Under the pieces are notes generated by a model that worked only from the letters and a program-made list of their open reading frames with translations, was not told the origin of the DNA and did not search any database. Positions 31,810-43,886 of a stretch of 64,000 bases of DNA are shown here, in pieces. The DNA is from an uncultured Planctomycetota bacterium (lineage in GTDB: Bacteria > Planctomycetota > Planctomycetia > Isosphaerales > Isosphaeraceae). How positions within the stretch are numbered: the first letter of the stretch is position 1; each line of letters begins with the position of its first letter. Where the stretch lies: contig CAWJTV010000012.1 in the NCBI GenBank assembly GCA_963845755.1, forward strand, positions 1-64,000, given 5' to 3'. The translations under genes were made by a program, and so were the position numbers.

Positions 31810-32603
31810 GGCGATGGCCTTGGCGCCGATTCGGGGAACCGGACAGAGATGGGAGCAAGCTGCCAGGTTCCGTTGCCTTGATGGACCCATCGATACCCCG
31901 CCGGAGCGACCCAGATTCCCGGATCCTGGACTGCGTATCGGCTTCTTCGTTCCTCGCTAAGGACTTGACTCTCCTCCATGCTGGCCGCGAAATAGATGAA
32001 CGCCGCCAGGGCGATGGGCATCGGGTTACCGGTCGAAGGCAGAGTCACGATTCCGAAAAGGCCAAAGAGCAATGCCAGCGTCCGGCCGATAGTTGCGGCA
32101 ATCGTCGTCGCCTGGGAGCGACCGAGCCATCCACCGAGCAGAGCCCTCAAGACACGCCCTCCGTCCATCGGGAAAGCCGGTATTAGATTAAACAAGCCAA
32201 GGACCAGGTTCATCTTCAAGAGGAAGCCCAGCGCCGTGTTCCCGGCAAGCTCCACCAGACCAATCGAGCCTAGACCGGTCAGCACTCCGACAATGGCGAA
32301 GTTGACCGCCGGCCCGGCCAGTGCAATCAACAGTTCAGCGCCAGGTGCCCGTGGCATGCGTCGCAGCCTCGCCACACCCCCGATAGGATACAGCGTGATA
32401 TCTTCCGTCTCGATCCCGAACCGTCTGGCCATCAAGGCATGACCGAACTCATGGAGCAACACACACCCGAAGACCGAAAGTACGAGGAGCACGGACAACA
32501 GGCCACCACTAAGGACGCCTGGGAGGAGCAAGACAAACAAAAAAGTCGGGTGCAGGTATACGTCGATTCCCGCAAACCGACCGAGTTTCCAAGAGACTCG
32601 CAT
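31800..32603 (-). CDS. Site-2 protease (M50) family protein
   Basis: HEFGH; IALAGPAVN; FNLIPAFPMDGGR; several TM segments. Confidence 0.92.
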   Translation of the reverse strand: MRVSWKLGRFAGIDVYLHPTFLFVLLLPGVLSGGLLSVLLVLSVFGCVLLHEFGHALMARRFGIETEDITLYPIGGVARLRRMPRAPGAELLIALAGPAVNFAIVGVLTGLGSIGLVELAGNTALGFLLKMNLVLGLFNLIPAFPMDGGRVLRALLGGWLGRSQATTIAATIGRTLALLFGLFGIVTLPSTGNPMPIALAAFIYFAASMEESQVLSEERRSRYAVQDPGIWVAPAGYRWVHQGNGTWQLAPISVRFPESAPRPSPWS

Positions 32604-32828
32604 CCGAATCATGATCCTTTCTCCGAAGGCATTGGCCTTCGGTCCCTTCCCTATATTGTACTTCGTTGTCAATTTGAGGAAAGTTCGCTCTCTTTGATCT
32701 TCGAGTCCGTGCGGGCTCTGGACGATCTCAGAACCGGCATTCGGGACTCGGCCGATGCCAATGACGGACGATTCCCATCGAGTAGGGGTTGAACGGGATC
32801 TGCCGGAGTAATCTGAGGCTGAGGAACT

Positions 32829-34100
32829 TCAGCGTTCCAGGATGCCCGGCCGTGGAATGATGAATCCCTTAACCGCAACATCGATTTGTGGCCAGTCCTG
32901 GCATGCAGTCACGACCTCGTAACCGCGGGTGTCAACGACGATCGTGTCCTCGGTGCGAGCCGCCCCGACGCTGGGACTCCAGGAAAGTGCGGTGTCGCTC
33001 TCCAGGACCAGGCTACTATCGGGCCTGAGGACGGTTTCGCGGGGCGAGTAACCCACGAGGGTCCCCTGGTAGTCGAGGGTCCACTCATGCGGATGGTCGA
33101 ACTTCTCGTAAATACGCTTGGCACGACGGAAAACTTCGGAGACGGGTTCATTGGGACGTGAGAAGAAAATGCAGGTGGCATCGACCATGGTCGCCAGCGA
33201 ATGATGGGCCTTGTGCTCGGCGTCGACGGGCCCGAAAGCGACGGAGCGCGTGACCGAGGCGCAGAGCCCGTGGCGGCGGCCGGTGACGGCGATTGTTGCG
33301 CGCTTGAGGATGGGCGAGGCCTTGAAGATCGGCTGGCGGAACCGGGCCAGGCGATCGTCGCTGGCCACCCGCAGATCGACGGGCATCACGCCTTCGCGGA
33401 TCAGTCGGTGGGCCAAGTGGCCGGCCACGTCGGCCTCGCGTTCGCCCCGATCGAAGTTGCGGCATGTCGCCTCGACGGCCAGGGTCAACGTACGTCCCAA
33501 TTCGCGGAGTCTTTGCCTCTCCAAACCAGTCAGCCGGCGCCGTAGAGCGCGGAGCGCATCGCCCTCGCGACGCACCGGCGAGCAGCCATACCCTCCCATG
33601 TCGGTCGCCACCCGCTTGTTATGACAAAGCTCCGCAACGACCTGGAACGGGTCGTCATACCACGGCCGCTCCTTGAGTTGGAAACCCAGCCCCGCCAGCT
33701 CTTCCTCGAATACGCGGCTGCTCTGCACGTTGTCCGAGATCACCGCGCGGCAATTGCGATTGATGAACAGGAGGACCGCCCCGATGCCCGAGCACAGATC
33801 CCGACTCAGGTCGCCTCCCGAGGTGAACCAGGACACGGAGTCGGCCATCCCCAGCACCACGGCGTCGTGGCCGGTCTCATCCAGGAATCGACGAATCCGC
33901 TCGTGTTTCTCTTCCACGTCTTCGCGACGACGCTTCAATTCCCCGTCGCCATGATCGGCCGCGGGATCCGGGAGTGCCGGCAGGGAATCGTGGTGCGGGC
34001 GGTCCGCCGCGGTGTGAAGCACGCGATCGAATTCCATCGTCAAGTCGAGTGCACCGGGAACCGACGAACTCAAGCCGACGAGATGAAACGCGGTCGCCAT
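32829..34100 (-). CDS. M24/creatinase-fold protein
   Basis: Creatinase_N-like start; GLCASVTRSVAFG; ARTEDTIVV...PRPGILER. AAGGAGA SD before ATG 34100. Confidence 0.75.
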   Translation of the reverse strand: MATAFHLVGLSSSVPGALDLTMEFDRVLHTAADRPHHDSLPALPDPAADHGDGELKRRREDVEEKHERIRRFLDETGHDAVVLGMADSVSWFTSGGDLSRDLCSGIGAVLLFINRNCRAVISDNVQSSRVFEEELAGLGFQLKERPWYDDPFQVVAELCHNKRVATDMGGYGCSPVRREGDALRALRRRLTGLERQRLRELGRTLTLAVEATCRNFDRGEREADVAGHLAHRLIREGVMPVDLRVASDDRLARFRQPIFKASPILKRATIAVTGRRHGLCASVTRSVAFGPVDAEHKAHHSLATMVDATCIFFSRPNEPVSEVFRRAKRIYEKFDHPHEWTLDYQGTLVGYSPRETVLRPDSSLVLESDTALSWSPSVGAARTEDTIVVDTRGYEVVTACQDWPQIDVAVKGFIIPRPGILER

Positions 34101-34192
34101 GGATGCATCTCCTTGAGACGAACCCGAACTCCTACCGACCAGAGGTAGTCCTAGCGATATCCATTTCGTGTGCGTGCGAAAACAGGAAGGGT

Positions 34193-35251
34193 TCACTCAT
34201 CGTTCCACGTTCTCCCAAGAAATTCAAGGAGGCGGGGAATTAAATCCGCATAATGCGCGGGGAAATCCAGATCATGGCCGCCTGGAACGAGAATGAGCTC
34301 ATTTGGAACCCCTGCCGCAGTCAATGCAGCGGCCATCGTCGTGGACTGGCTAACAGGTATGAGCGGGTCTCGGGTACCGTGTACCAGCAGCATCGGCGAA
34401 TCGCTGGGCGAAACATGATCGATCGGTGAGGCCGCGGCATAACTCACGGGGATCTGTTGTGGCGATCCCCCGAGGAACTGGTGGGCCGCGAGGCCCGCCC
34501 AGTGACTCTCGGTGGGAAGGACCGACAGATTGGTCGGCGTCGAAAATGCAATGACAGCATTGACTTGAGTCGAGACATTCGAGAGAGGGTCTTGTCCCGG
34601 TTCCGTTCCGAGCAATGCCGCAAGATTCGCGCCGGCCGACTCGCCGATCGCCGCGACCCGATCCGGATCGATCCCCAGCTCGCCTACATGGGTGCGTACC
34701 CAGCCGACCACCGCCTGGACGTCCTCCAGATTGACTGGCCAGCTCGGACGCCCCGGTGCCGAAAGCTCATAATTCGGCGCAATCACAACATATCCCAGGC
34801 GCACGAAGGCGCTGGCGATCCGTTGCCCATAACCATCTTTGTTGAGTTTTCGCCACCCTCCTCCATGGATGGCAATGAGCACCGGCCGGCCGGCCGATGG
34901 GACCGGGCCATCCGGAAGATAGACGTTGAGCTGCTCCGCGGGTCCCGAGGGGGTCGGATAGTTCAGATTCGACTCGACGATCCCACGGAAGCCAATACGT
35001 CCAACACCGGCGCGATGCTCCATCGGATTGACGACGCGCTCAATCAATGCCGGACTTGGCCCTCCCAGATGCAGCGGTACATGGCCTTTCAAACCAGGGG
35101 AGGAAAGCAGAGCACGACACTCCAGTCCTGACGGTCCTTCGGGCAGAAACGCGCGGCTCCGCCGGCGCCCGCCCGTTGGGACGCGATGAACGTATGGAAA
35201 CTGATGTCTTGCGGGTCGAGGAAGAGACGAATCTCGAGCGGGGCTGTTCAT
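34193..35251 (-). CDS. Alpha/beta hydrolase (esterase/lipase) with a planctomycete LEPR-XLL-like leader
   Basis: IHGGGW; GESAG; HGTRDPLIP; GGH. N-terminal RRRSRAF..GLECRALLS. Confidence 0.85.
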   Translation of the reverse strand: MNSPARDSSLPRPARHQFPYVHRVPTGGRRRSRAFLPEGPSGLECRALLSSPGLKGHVPLHLGGPSPALIERVVNPMEHRAGVGRIGFRGIVESNLNYPTPSGPAEQLNVYLPDGPVPSAGRPVLIAIHGGGWRKLNKDGYGQRIASAFVRLGYVVIAPNYELSAPGRPSWPVNLEDVQAVVGWVRTHVGELGIDPDRVAAIGESAGANLAALLGTEPGQDPLSNVSTQVNAVIAFSTPTNLSVLPTESHWAGLAAHQFLGGSPQQIPVSYAAASPIDHVSPSDSPMLLVHGTRDPLIPVSQSTTMAAALTAAGVPNELILVPGGHDLDFPAHYADLIPRLLEFLGRTWNDE

Positions 35252-35534
35252 GGGATGGACTTCATGATGTCGGACGCGATGGATGACGGGTTCGTGCGTT
35301 CCCGGTGAACGCCGTTGCCTTTTGCGCGGCGCAAGCCTCGTCGACCTTTGACCTTCCAGAGCCTCAGACTGTGCGCCTGAAATGAGCTTTCCACACAATT
35401 CGCAGGAAGGCAAGGATATCGGAATCCCGATTTCCTTCGTGCAGCCTCTTAAATCAACTTGCGAAATGAGCGAGTCAAGAACGTGGGCGACCGACGCATG
35501 CCTGATCGAACCAGCCCACCAATGCGCGGCTAAT

Positions 35535-36989
35535 TCACGCAAGCAAACCCTTGAGCACGCGACCGCCGACGTCGGTGAGCCGCTCGTCGCGGCCGTTGTG
35601 CAGAAAAGTGAGCCGCCTGTGATCCAGCCCCATCAGGCGCAGGATCGTGGCGTGGATATCGTTGACGTGGGCACGGTCGGCGATGGCGTGGAGGCCGGCC
35701 TCGTCGGTGGCACCGACGATCGTGCCGCCCTTGACGCCGCCGCCGGCCATCCACATGGTGAAGCCGGTGGCGTTGTGATCGCGACCTCGGCCCCCGCCCT
35801 GACGGACGGGCGTGCGCCCGAATTCGCCGCCCCAGACGACCAGGGTCTCGTCGAGCAGGCCCGTCCGCTTGAGATCGGTCAACAAGGCGGCGACTGGTTT
35901 GTCGGTCATACCGCACATCTTCTCGTGGTTGGCGTCGATATCGTCGTGCGCGTCCCACTGCATCGCAACCGGGCCGCCGCCCGAGTAAAGCTGGACGAAC
36001 CGGACCCCGCGCTCGACTAACCGACGGGCCAGAAGGCAGCGCGTCCCGAACTCGACAGTCCGTGGATTATCCAGGCCGTAGAGCGTCCGGATGGATTCCG
36101 GCTCGCTGGCGAGGTTGACCGCCTCGGGAGCCGCGCTCTGCATCCGGAAGGCCAACTCATAGCTGGCGATCCGGGCCGAGAGTTCGGTGTCGGACGGGTC
36201 GAGGTCTTGCTCGTTCATCGCTCGGAGCAAGTCGAGCGTCCCGCGCTGCTCGGAGAGCGAGACCCCCACGGACGGCTTGAGGTTGACGATCGGAACCGGG
36301 CCGCTTCGAAACAGCGTCCCCTGGTGATGTGCGGGCAGGAACCCGGCGCCCGAGCACGGGGCGCCCCCTTCCGGTGTCCCCTCGGGCTGAGTCATCACCA
36401 CGTAGGCCGGGAGGTCCTCACTCTCGGAACCCAGGCCGTACGTCACCCAACTCCCCAGGCTCGGGAATCCCATCATGACCCGGCCGGTCGTCATCTGGTA
36501 CATCGCCGGTGCGTGGATCACGTTATCGGCATAGCAGGAACGGATCAGAGCGATGTCGTCGGCATGGGCGTGCAAGTGGGGGACGAGGTCCGACATGTCC
36601 ATCCCCGACTGCCCGTATTTCCCCCAACTGCGATGACTGCCGAGACAGAGCGGGTCGTTCTCGAGGAACTGGCTGTGGATCTTGCCGAAACTTGGCGGTA
36701 GGTGCTGACCATCGAGCCGGCTGAGGAGCGGCTTGGGGTCGAACAGGTCCATCTGGCTCGGCCCGCCCGTCATGAACAGGAAGATGCAGCGTTTGGCCTT
36801 CGCGGGGATATGGCCGGGCCGGGGGGCCAGCGGGCTTACTGGGGAAGCGGGACGCGCTCCCTGCGCGAGGAGGTCGGCCAGACCGAGCATGCCGAACCCA
36901 CAGCCGGCCACCTTGAGGAACTCGCGCCGGCTGCGCGGTAAGAACGGCTGGGGGCCGGGACAGCGGCGGGGCGTTGAATATTCGGGCAT
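35535..36989 (-). CDS. DUF1501 domain protein (Tat signal)
   Basis: [59 protein letters not shown]. Confidence 0.92.
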   Translation of the reverse strand: MPEYSTPRRCPGPQPFLPRSRREFLKVAGCGFGMLGLADLLAQGARPASPVSPLAPRPGHIPAKAKRCIFLFMTGGPSQMDLFDPKPLLSRLDGQHLPPSFGKIHSQFLENDPLCLGSHRSWGKYGQSGMDMSDLVPHLHAHADDIALIRSCYADNVIHAPAMYQMTTGRVMMGFPSLGSWVTYGLGSESEDLPAYVVMTQPEGTPEGGAPCSGAGFLPAHHQGTLFRSGPVPIVNLKPSVGVSLSEQRGTLDLLRAMNEQDLDPSDTELSARIASYELAFRMQSAAPEAVNLASEPESIRTLYGLDNPRTVEFGTRCLLARRLVERGVRFVQLYSGGGPVAMQWDAHDDIDANHEKMCGMTDKPVAALLTDLKRTGLLDETLVVWGGEFGRTPVRQGGGRGRDHNATGFTMWMAGGGVKGGTIVGATDEAGLHAIADRAHVNDIHATILRLMGLDHRRLTFLHNGRDERLTDVGGRVLKGLLA

Positions 36990-37031
36990 GGGTTCGGTCC
37001 TCGATGATTCGAGGGAGAGACTCTCGATAAA

Positions 37032-37676
37032 TCAGACGTCTTGGTTCAGCACTGAGAACAATTCACTCAGATCGAGGTGGAATCCGGGCAGGACATCGTC
37101 GCCCTCCAGACTCTGCGAGGCTTCAAGTACCGTGAACCCTCCGTCAGGCGTATAGACCGTAATCGTCCGCGGCTTGGGATCGACCTCCCAAATCACCCGC
37201 ACGCCGGACGCGAAGTATTCATCCCGCTTCATCCTCAACTCGATCTTTGTGTTCTGTTGGTGTACCACCTCGGCGACCGAGTCAGGCACAATGGAAGAGA
37301 TGGGTTTTCTCGAGTCGTTGCTGCGTCGGATGCGGTCCCAGGAAGAATAGGCGATGTCGGGAGTCCGTACCAATCCGGGCAGCAATCGAATCCATCCAAC
37401 CGTCGCGTTGACTATTCCAAGGTCGTGGTTGTGCAGAAAGGTTCGAATTGGTTCCGACAGGACCGACACCAGCAGAGATTCAGGGTTACCCGTCGGCTTT
37501 TCCACCAGAACCCGATTTATCAGTTCGTAGAGGCGGTTGTACCTCCGCGTGCAGTCGATCAGGTCTGTCTCGGTGGCGACCCCTGGGCCTGGCGTAGCCA
37601 GCACGCGAGACAAGGGAATCTTCCCAAGCTCTTCGTAGAGATCCTGCAAGGTCCACGGCTTGCTGGGGAGTGACAT
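37032..37676 (-). CDS. Uma2 family (PD-(D/E)XK-like) protein
   Basis: YELINRVLVEK; VRTPDIAY; KRDEYFASGVRVIWEVDP; LEGDDVLPGF. Confidence 0.85.
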   Translation of the reverse strand: MSLPSKPWTLQDLYEELGKIPLSRVLATPGPGVATETDLIDCTRRYNRLYELINRVLVEKPTGNPESLLVSVLSEPIRTFLHNHDLGIVNATVGWIRLLPGLVRTPDIAYSSWDRIRRSNDSRKPISSIVPDSVAEVVHQQNTKIELRMKRDEYFASGVRVIWEVDPKPRTITVYTPDGGFTVLEASQSLEGDDVLPGFHLDLSELFSVLNQDV

Positions 37677-37689
37677 CCAGTTGGCCCCC

Positions 37690-40018
37690 TCACGGCACGT
37701 AAAGGAACTCATTACAATTCAGCAATGCGAGGGCAATATCGACCCACGCCGCGGCCTCGGCCGGATCGATCCCATTGGGCTGGCGGACTTCCGTTCGACC
37801 ATCGCGGGACTGATTGCGAATCCGATCGGCCTGGGCCTTCAAGAACGATCTTGCGCGTTCGACCTCATTCGATTTCGGCGCACGGGCCAGCGCGAGTTGA
37901 TAGGCACGTCGAATCCGATCGTCGGTCTGGGCTCCTCCCTCGCGGAGAGCGCGGCCCGCGAGGACTCTGGCTCGACCGCCGGCGAAATCGCTATTGAGCA
38001 GCGTGAGAGCCTGGAGCGCGTGGGTGCTGGTTTCTCGACGAGGGCAGGCGCTCTGTGTGTCGGGCGCATCGAAGGCGTCGAAGAGCGGATAACGCACATT
38101 GCGCTTGCGGAAGAGATACAACGAACGCCTCAGGTGCTGGGACGGGTCCGGATCTTCGGGCCAGAGGTCGACAACCTCCGCCTCGGTGAAGATGAGGTCC
38201 TTGAGCTCCTTCTCGAGCGGGGCAAGGATTCCCGGACCGCCCATCTGGGGATTGAGCTCTCCCGAGACGGCGAGCATGGCATCGCGGATGCCTTCCGCAT
38301 CGAGTCGCCGGCGATTCATGTGGCTGAGCAAAGCGTTCTCGGGATCATCGGCGGCCTGCTTGGAATTCGGCAGGCTCGATTGTCGATAGGTTGCCGAGGT
38401 CACCATGAGCCGATGTAAGGATTTGAGTTTCCAGCCATCGGAGATCAACACATTCGACAGCCAATCGAGCAACTCGGGATGGGACGGAGACTCGCCGCGA
38501 ACGCCGAAGTCGCTCGGCGTGGCGACAATCCCCCGGCCGAAGTGATATTGCCAGAGCCGGTTGACGATGACACGCGCGGTCAAAGGGTTATCGGATCGGG
38601 CCAGCCAGCGAGCCAGCGCCGCGCGACGGCCGGTCTTGTCGTCCTTCGGCACGATCGAGGAATTCGTGAACGCCCCGGTCGGCTGTGTGGCCAGGATCAC
38701 GCCCGGCGGCCGAGGAGCGACCTTGGGGCCACGGTTCTGGTAATCGCCGCGTCGGAGGACGAACGTCTCGGTCTCTCTGGATTTCTGGTCAACCAGGGCC
38801 ATGGCATGTGCGGGTGGGCGCGGCAGGGTTCGTTCGATCTCGTAGATCGCGCGCTTGAGGGTCTCTCGCCGATCGTGGACGGACCGATCGGGATCGGCGG
38901 CGACGGCCGCGGCGACATCCTCCCACGTGACCCGTAGCGACGTCTCGAGTCCCGCGGCGAGCTTCTTCTGCGCAGCCGTTCGTTGCTTTGAGGGCGTGTT
39001 CATCACGACTCGCTCCTCGGGGCTCAGCATGGCGACCTTGCGATCCTTGATCGCCTTTCGATAGGGTGCCTCGAGCTGGGCGAGCTCGCGCCTTGAGTGG
39101 TGCGGATTTGGCGTGGACCGCTTTCTCGGAGACTGCGAACGCGTCGCGCTCGGTCTTCGACGCGATCGACACGTCGTCGAGCTTCGACGTGGCGAAGAAC
39201 GCCTGGAGCCGGTAGTAATCGGTCGTGGGGATCGCGTCGAACTTGTGATCGTGGCAGCGGGCGCACCCGATCGTCAGGCCGAGGAAGACCGAGCCGACGG
39301 TGCCGGTGATCTCCGAGAGTTCCGACTGCCGCTTGACCTCGGGGATCACGTTGCCGCCCACGACCTCGCGTGGGCCGCACCGGCAGAACCCCGTGGCGAT
39401 CAGGGCGTTTCGATCGCCGGCCTTGAGGTCGTCTCCGGCAACCTGCAGCTCGAGGAAGCGATCGTAGGGCAGATCGGCGTTCAAGGACCGGATGACCCAG
39501 TCCCGGTATCGCCAGGCATCCGGGCGTTCGGCGTCGAGCTCGAAACCGTTGGAGTCGGCGTAATGCGCCAGGTCCAACCAGTGTTGTCCCCACTTCTCTC
39601 CATACCTCGGGCTGGCCAGCAAGCGATCGACCAGGCGCTCGTAAGCATCCGGCCTGTGGTCGCCAAGGAACGCGGCTGTGTCCTCGGGCGATGGCGGAAG
39701 CCCGGTCAAGTCGAAAGTGACCCGGCGGATCAAGGCCACGCGCTCGGCATCGGGAGCGGGTGACCAGTCTACCTCCTCCAGCACCGCCAGGATGAACCGG
39801 TCGATCGGATTGCGTACCCATCCGACGGCCTTGACCCTCGGCGGCTCGATGATCTTTAGCGGCTGGTAGGCCCAATGACTCCGCTGTTCGCTGGTGAAAG
39901 ACTCGGGCGGGGCGAACCCGTCGGACTGAGCGGGAGGCTCGCTCGCCATCGTGAGCGGGAGGATCGGGAGGAGTATCGCAAGGGGGATCAGGGCGATTCT
40001 GCGAACAGCCACAGCCAT
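37690..40018 (-). CDS. DUF1549/DUF1553 (PSD) domain protein (frameshift near 39090)
   Basis: HWAYQP; NPIDRFI; LIRRVTFDLTGLPP; CARCHDHKFD; NPLTARVIVNRLWQYHFGRG; PSHPELLDWL. Confidence 0.92.
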
Positions 40019-40256
40019 GGACATCCCTTCGATGAGGGCCGCGCGCGGGCATCCCTGGCAGGGCCCCACGCCTTCTTGAGCGGCAAGTCATTCGTGGAGA
40101 AGTGCCGCCGGTCGGGACCGGACTTGCCCGTCTTGGTTGATCATTGCCACTTGTGACTCGCCGATGGCACCTACCAATTGTGCAGGAATGGGCCATCGGC
40201 GACAAGGGTCAGGGACACGAAGTGTCTTGGCGCGTTCAGTCGCGACTCCATCATCG

Positions 40257-41588
40257 TCAGACGAGTTCCCGAATCACCCTGCCGTCATAATTGATCTGGA
40301 TCGGCCGTCCGTCCGGAGTCTGATGGGTGGTGTCGAGGGGGATTCCCAAACATTGATAGAGGGTCGCCGCGACATCCTCGGTGTAATAGGGGGCTTCGGT
40401 CGGCTGTTCCGCCAGGGCATTCGTTCGCCCGACGGCGATGCCCGGCCGCAGGCCGCCGCCGGCCATCAGGGCGATGCCCGCCGTTCAACCAGTGATCGCG
40501 CCCAGCCGAGGGGTTGACCTTCGGGGTCCGCCCGAAATCGCTGAGGACGAGGACCAACGTCGAGTCGAGCTGACCGCGGGTCGATAGGTCGCAGAGCAGG
40601 CCGGAGAGGGCCGAGTCCAGGCGCGGAAGAAGGCGACTCTTGAGCGCGCTGAAGTTGTTCTGATGGGTGTCCCAGCCGCCGTCGGTCACCGTGACGAACC
40701 GGACGCCGGCCTCGATGAGGCGACGGGCCAGCAAGCACCCCTGACCGAGCGAGTTCCGCCCGAAACGGTCACGTAGCCGCGGGTCTTCGGAATGGATGTC
40801 GAATGCCTTCTTGGCGTGGGGTGCCGTGACCAGGTTGTATGCTTTTTGGTAGAACGTACCTGCCGCTTGAAGCGGCGTCGGGCTCGAGTCGTCCTCCATC
40901 CGGCGCTGCCAGGTATCCACTGTCTGGAGGGCGTTCATTCGCCGCTGGAACCGGACGCGATCAACGCCACCGGGAAGCACGACATCCCGTACCGTGAAAC
41001 CTGGGCGCGACGCATCTCCGGGCAACACGAACGGGTTGTATTGATCGCCGAGGAACCCGGCCACCCCCCCACCGAATCGCTGATCGATCGAGGCCCCAAC
41101 CTGTACGTAAGGAGGCATCGCGTTGCGGTCTCCCTCCTGCTTCGCGATGACCGCCCCGTACGACGGGTAGACCACCGAAGGATTGAAGGGATGCCCGGAC
41201 ATCATGTAGGCATCCGCCACACCGTGCGACCCATTCTTGGGATTGAGCGAACGGAGAATGGAATACTTCTCCTGGTGCTGGGCGAGCTGGGGCAACGGGT
41301 CGCAGATCTGAATCCCCGGCACCTTGGTCGCGATCGCCCCGAACTCGCCGCGGATCTCCTCGGGGGCCTTCGGCTTCGGATCGAAACTGTCGATGTGGCT
41401 GATGCCACCTTGAAGCCAGATGAGGATGCACGAGACTTCCCGACGGGTTTCTCCCCCCGAAGCCCGCGCCGGAGTTCCAGCAGTGTCGGTAAACACAAAC
41501 CGAGCGCAGCCAGGGAGCCGACCTGAATTACATCCCGTCGCGTCACTCTGTCGCAGGTTCGTTTCGAACCCAGCATCAACTCGAACAT
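40257..41588 (-). CDS. DUF1501 domain protein (frameshifts near 41460 and 40485)
   Basis: TRRDVIQVG; ILIWLQGGISHIDSFDPKP; GWDTH; SDFGRTPKVN..GRDHW. Confidence 0.88.
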
Positions 41589-41859
41589 CGGACCCTCCCC
41601 CTTCGATCACGTTCGGGACGGATCTCCGAACTCTCGATCGCCAGGACACCCGACAACCTCGATGATCGTCGAGTATTTGAGGAAAGTTTAACATTCGGTT
41701 TGTCGTCTGGACAAGGTGGTGATGGCGCACGTTCTGCGCTCCGGCTCAATGGCGCCTGTCTGAGATCGTCTCGCGTCTGACCTATCGAAGGCTTACGCTG
41801 GATGATCGAAGTGGAAGGACGATGATCGGATCCCGGACTTCGAAGTGAGAGGAGACTCC

Positions 41860-43016
41860 TTGGCGGAGATCAATTTGAAGCAGCTTTCGAAGGGTTTTGG
41901 AGGAGGAATCCCGGTCCTCGAAGCCATCGATTTGAATATCCGTTCCGGCGAGCTGCTGGTCGTGTTGGGGCCATCCGGGTCGGGGAAAACGACTTTGTTG
42001 CGACTCATCGCCGGTCTGGAGTCACCGAGCTCGGGCCGGGTTTGGATCGACGGTCGTGATGCAACCTCGGTCCGACCGGCTCGTCGAGACGTGGCCATGG
42101 TTTTCCAGCAGCCTGCCCTCTACCCCCATTTGACGGTCTTCGACAACCTCGCGTTCGGTCTGCGCGCGCCGGGGCATTCCCCGGAATCAGATTCGGTCCA
42201 AGGTGAATACGATCGCCGGACTGCTGGGACTGGACTCGCTCCTGGCCCGTCGACCAGGCACACTCTCTGGAGGCGAACGCCAGCGCGTGGCGATCGGCCG
42301 CTCGATCGTGCGACAACCGCGCGTGCTCCTCTTCGACGAGCCGTTCTCGAGCCTCGACCTGCCACTGCGCGTCGGCACTGCGCGAGGAAGTGGTTGAGCT
42401 TCACCGCCAGTTCGGGACGACGTGGATCCTCGTGACGCACGATCAGGCCGAAGCGCTCCTCTTGGGTGATCGAGTCGCCGTCCTCGATCGCGGCCGACTG
42501 CTCCAGTGCGGCCCACCCCGAGCGATCTACCAACAACCAACGAACCGGTTTGTCGCCACTTTCGTCGGTTCACCACCGATGAACATCCTGGCCTGCGAGG
42601 TCGAACGCGACGGCGACCGCCTCCAAATCCACGTCATCGCGGCGAAGCAAGGGTTGAGCTGGCCCATGGCCGGCAGTGGGCCGCCCGCCGTATGGCTGGA
42701 GGGGATCGACCGCATCGAACTCGGACTCCGGCCCGAAGCGATCAGCGTACGGACGTATGGCCCATCCTCGGAAGCCCCACCCTCGTCGCCAACGTTCCCG
42801 GCGCAGGTCCTCCGGCTGGAGTTTAACGGACCCGACCTCCTCGCCACCCTGGCCCTCGGTCCTCATCTCCTGGTGGCCCGTGTGCCCGCCAGCCAGCCCA
42901 TCTCTGAGCGGGAAGTTGTCCAGGTCGTCCTCGACCTCGACCGGGCCGTCTGGTTCGACCCCGCGACGGGCCGAGCATTGAATCTCGGTGGACAGGCGGC
43001 GACTAGTTCAACGTGA
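41860..43016 (+). CDS. MalK/MsiK-like sugar ABC transporter ATPase (frameshifted)
   Basis: Walker [40 protein letters not shown]-like C-terminus. Confidence 0.88.
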
Positions 43017-43505
43017 TCAGTCCGCCGCGGAAGTCCAGCATCAGGATCCGCTCGCGGAGGAAGGCGAGACCGAGAACGCCGTCAATGTTGGCGTCGGAAC
43101 GATTGCGAGAATCAAGAGTGGAGATCCGTCCGGCTCCAACCATGAATGATCGGTGCAGCAAGAGCCCAAGATCACGCGAGACTCGGAGACAAACGCAAGA
43201 GCCGTCCTGCGTCCGGGAGGCATTGGAATCGTCCAGTCCGGGGTATCAGCTCTCGAGTTCCGGCGGGAGTAACCCCCGAATCGCGTGTGGAAAAGACAAC
43301 GTCTGGCGACCTCTTCCTTCCGTTCCTCTGCCGATTCATACGCAATCGCCAATTCATGAGCTAATCTTGGATCGAGAGATCGAGCGGGTCAGGGGTCCGG
43401 ACCGGAAAAACCCCTTGGCCATGGCCAAGGCGAGATCGGACCCGCTCGTCGAGCCGACTTGCAACCCGATGGAATTCTTCGACTACGAGGAGACCTACCG
43501 AAGCG

Positions 43506-43886
43506 ATGAGCCAGCACATCCTCGTCATCGAAGATGATCCAATGAATCTCGATATGATCACTCAACGTCTAGAGTTGAGGGGCTATTGCGTCGCGGGAGC
43601 CGTGGACGGCCCGGAGGGGATCGAGCTGGCCGTCCTGGAGACGCCCGACCTGATCCTGATGGACGTCAGCCTACCGGGAATGGACGGCTGGGAGGTCACG
43701 CGTCGCCTCAAGGCCGAGGCAGCCACCCGGCACATCCCGGTCGTCGCGCTGACGGCGCACGCCATGGCGAGCGATCGGGACAGGGCCGTACAGGCCGGTT
43801 GCGACGAATACGTCACCAAGCCCGTAGATTTCCAGCGGCTGCTTGCGAAGATGGAAACGCTCCTCGGACGAAAGGCGATGGCATGA
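43506..43886 (+). CDS. Single-domain response regulator (DivK/CheY-like)
   Basis: ILVIEDD...LILMDVSLPGMDG...ALTAHA...YVTKP. Phospho-Asp and Lys intact. Confidence 0.95.
   Translation: MSQHILVIEDDPMNLDMITQRLELRGYCVAGAVDGPEGIELAVLETPDLILMDVSLPGMDGWEVTRRLKAEAATRHIPVVALTAHAMASDRDRAVQAGCDEYVTKPVDFQRLLAKMETLLGRKAMA

Noticed and set aside
41860..43016. Orphan ABC ATPase as part of the hydrogenase module
   Set aside because: Stand-alone MsiK-like ATPases are common, and it is separated from the response regulator by ~490 bp.
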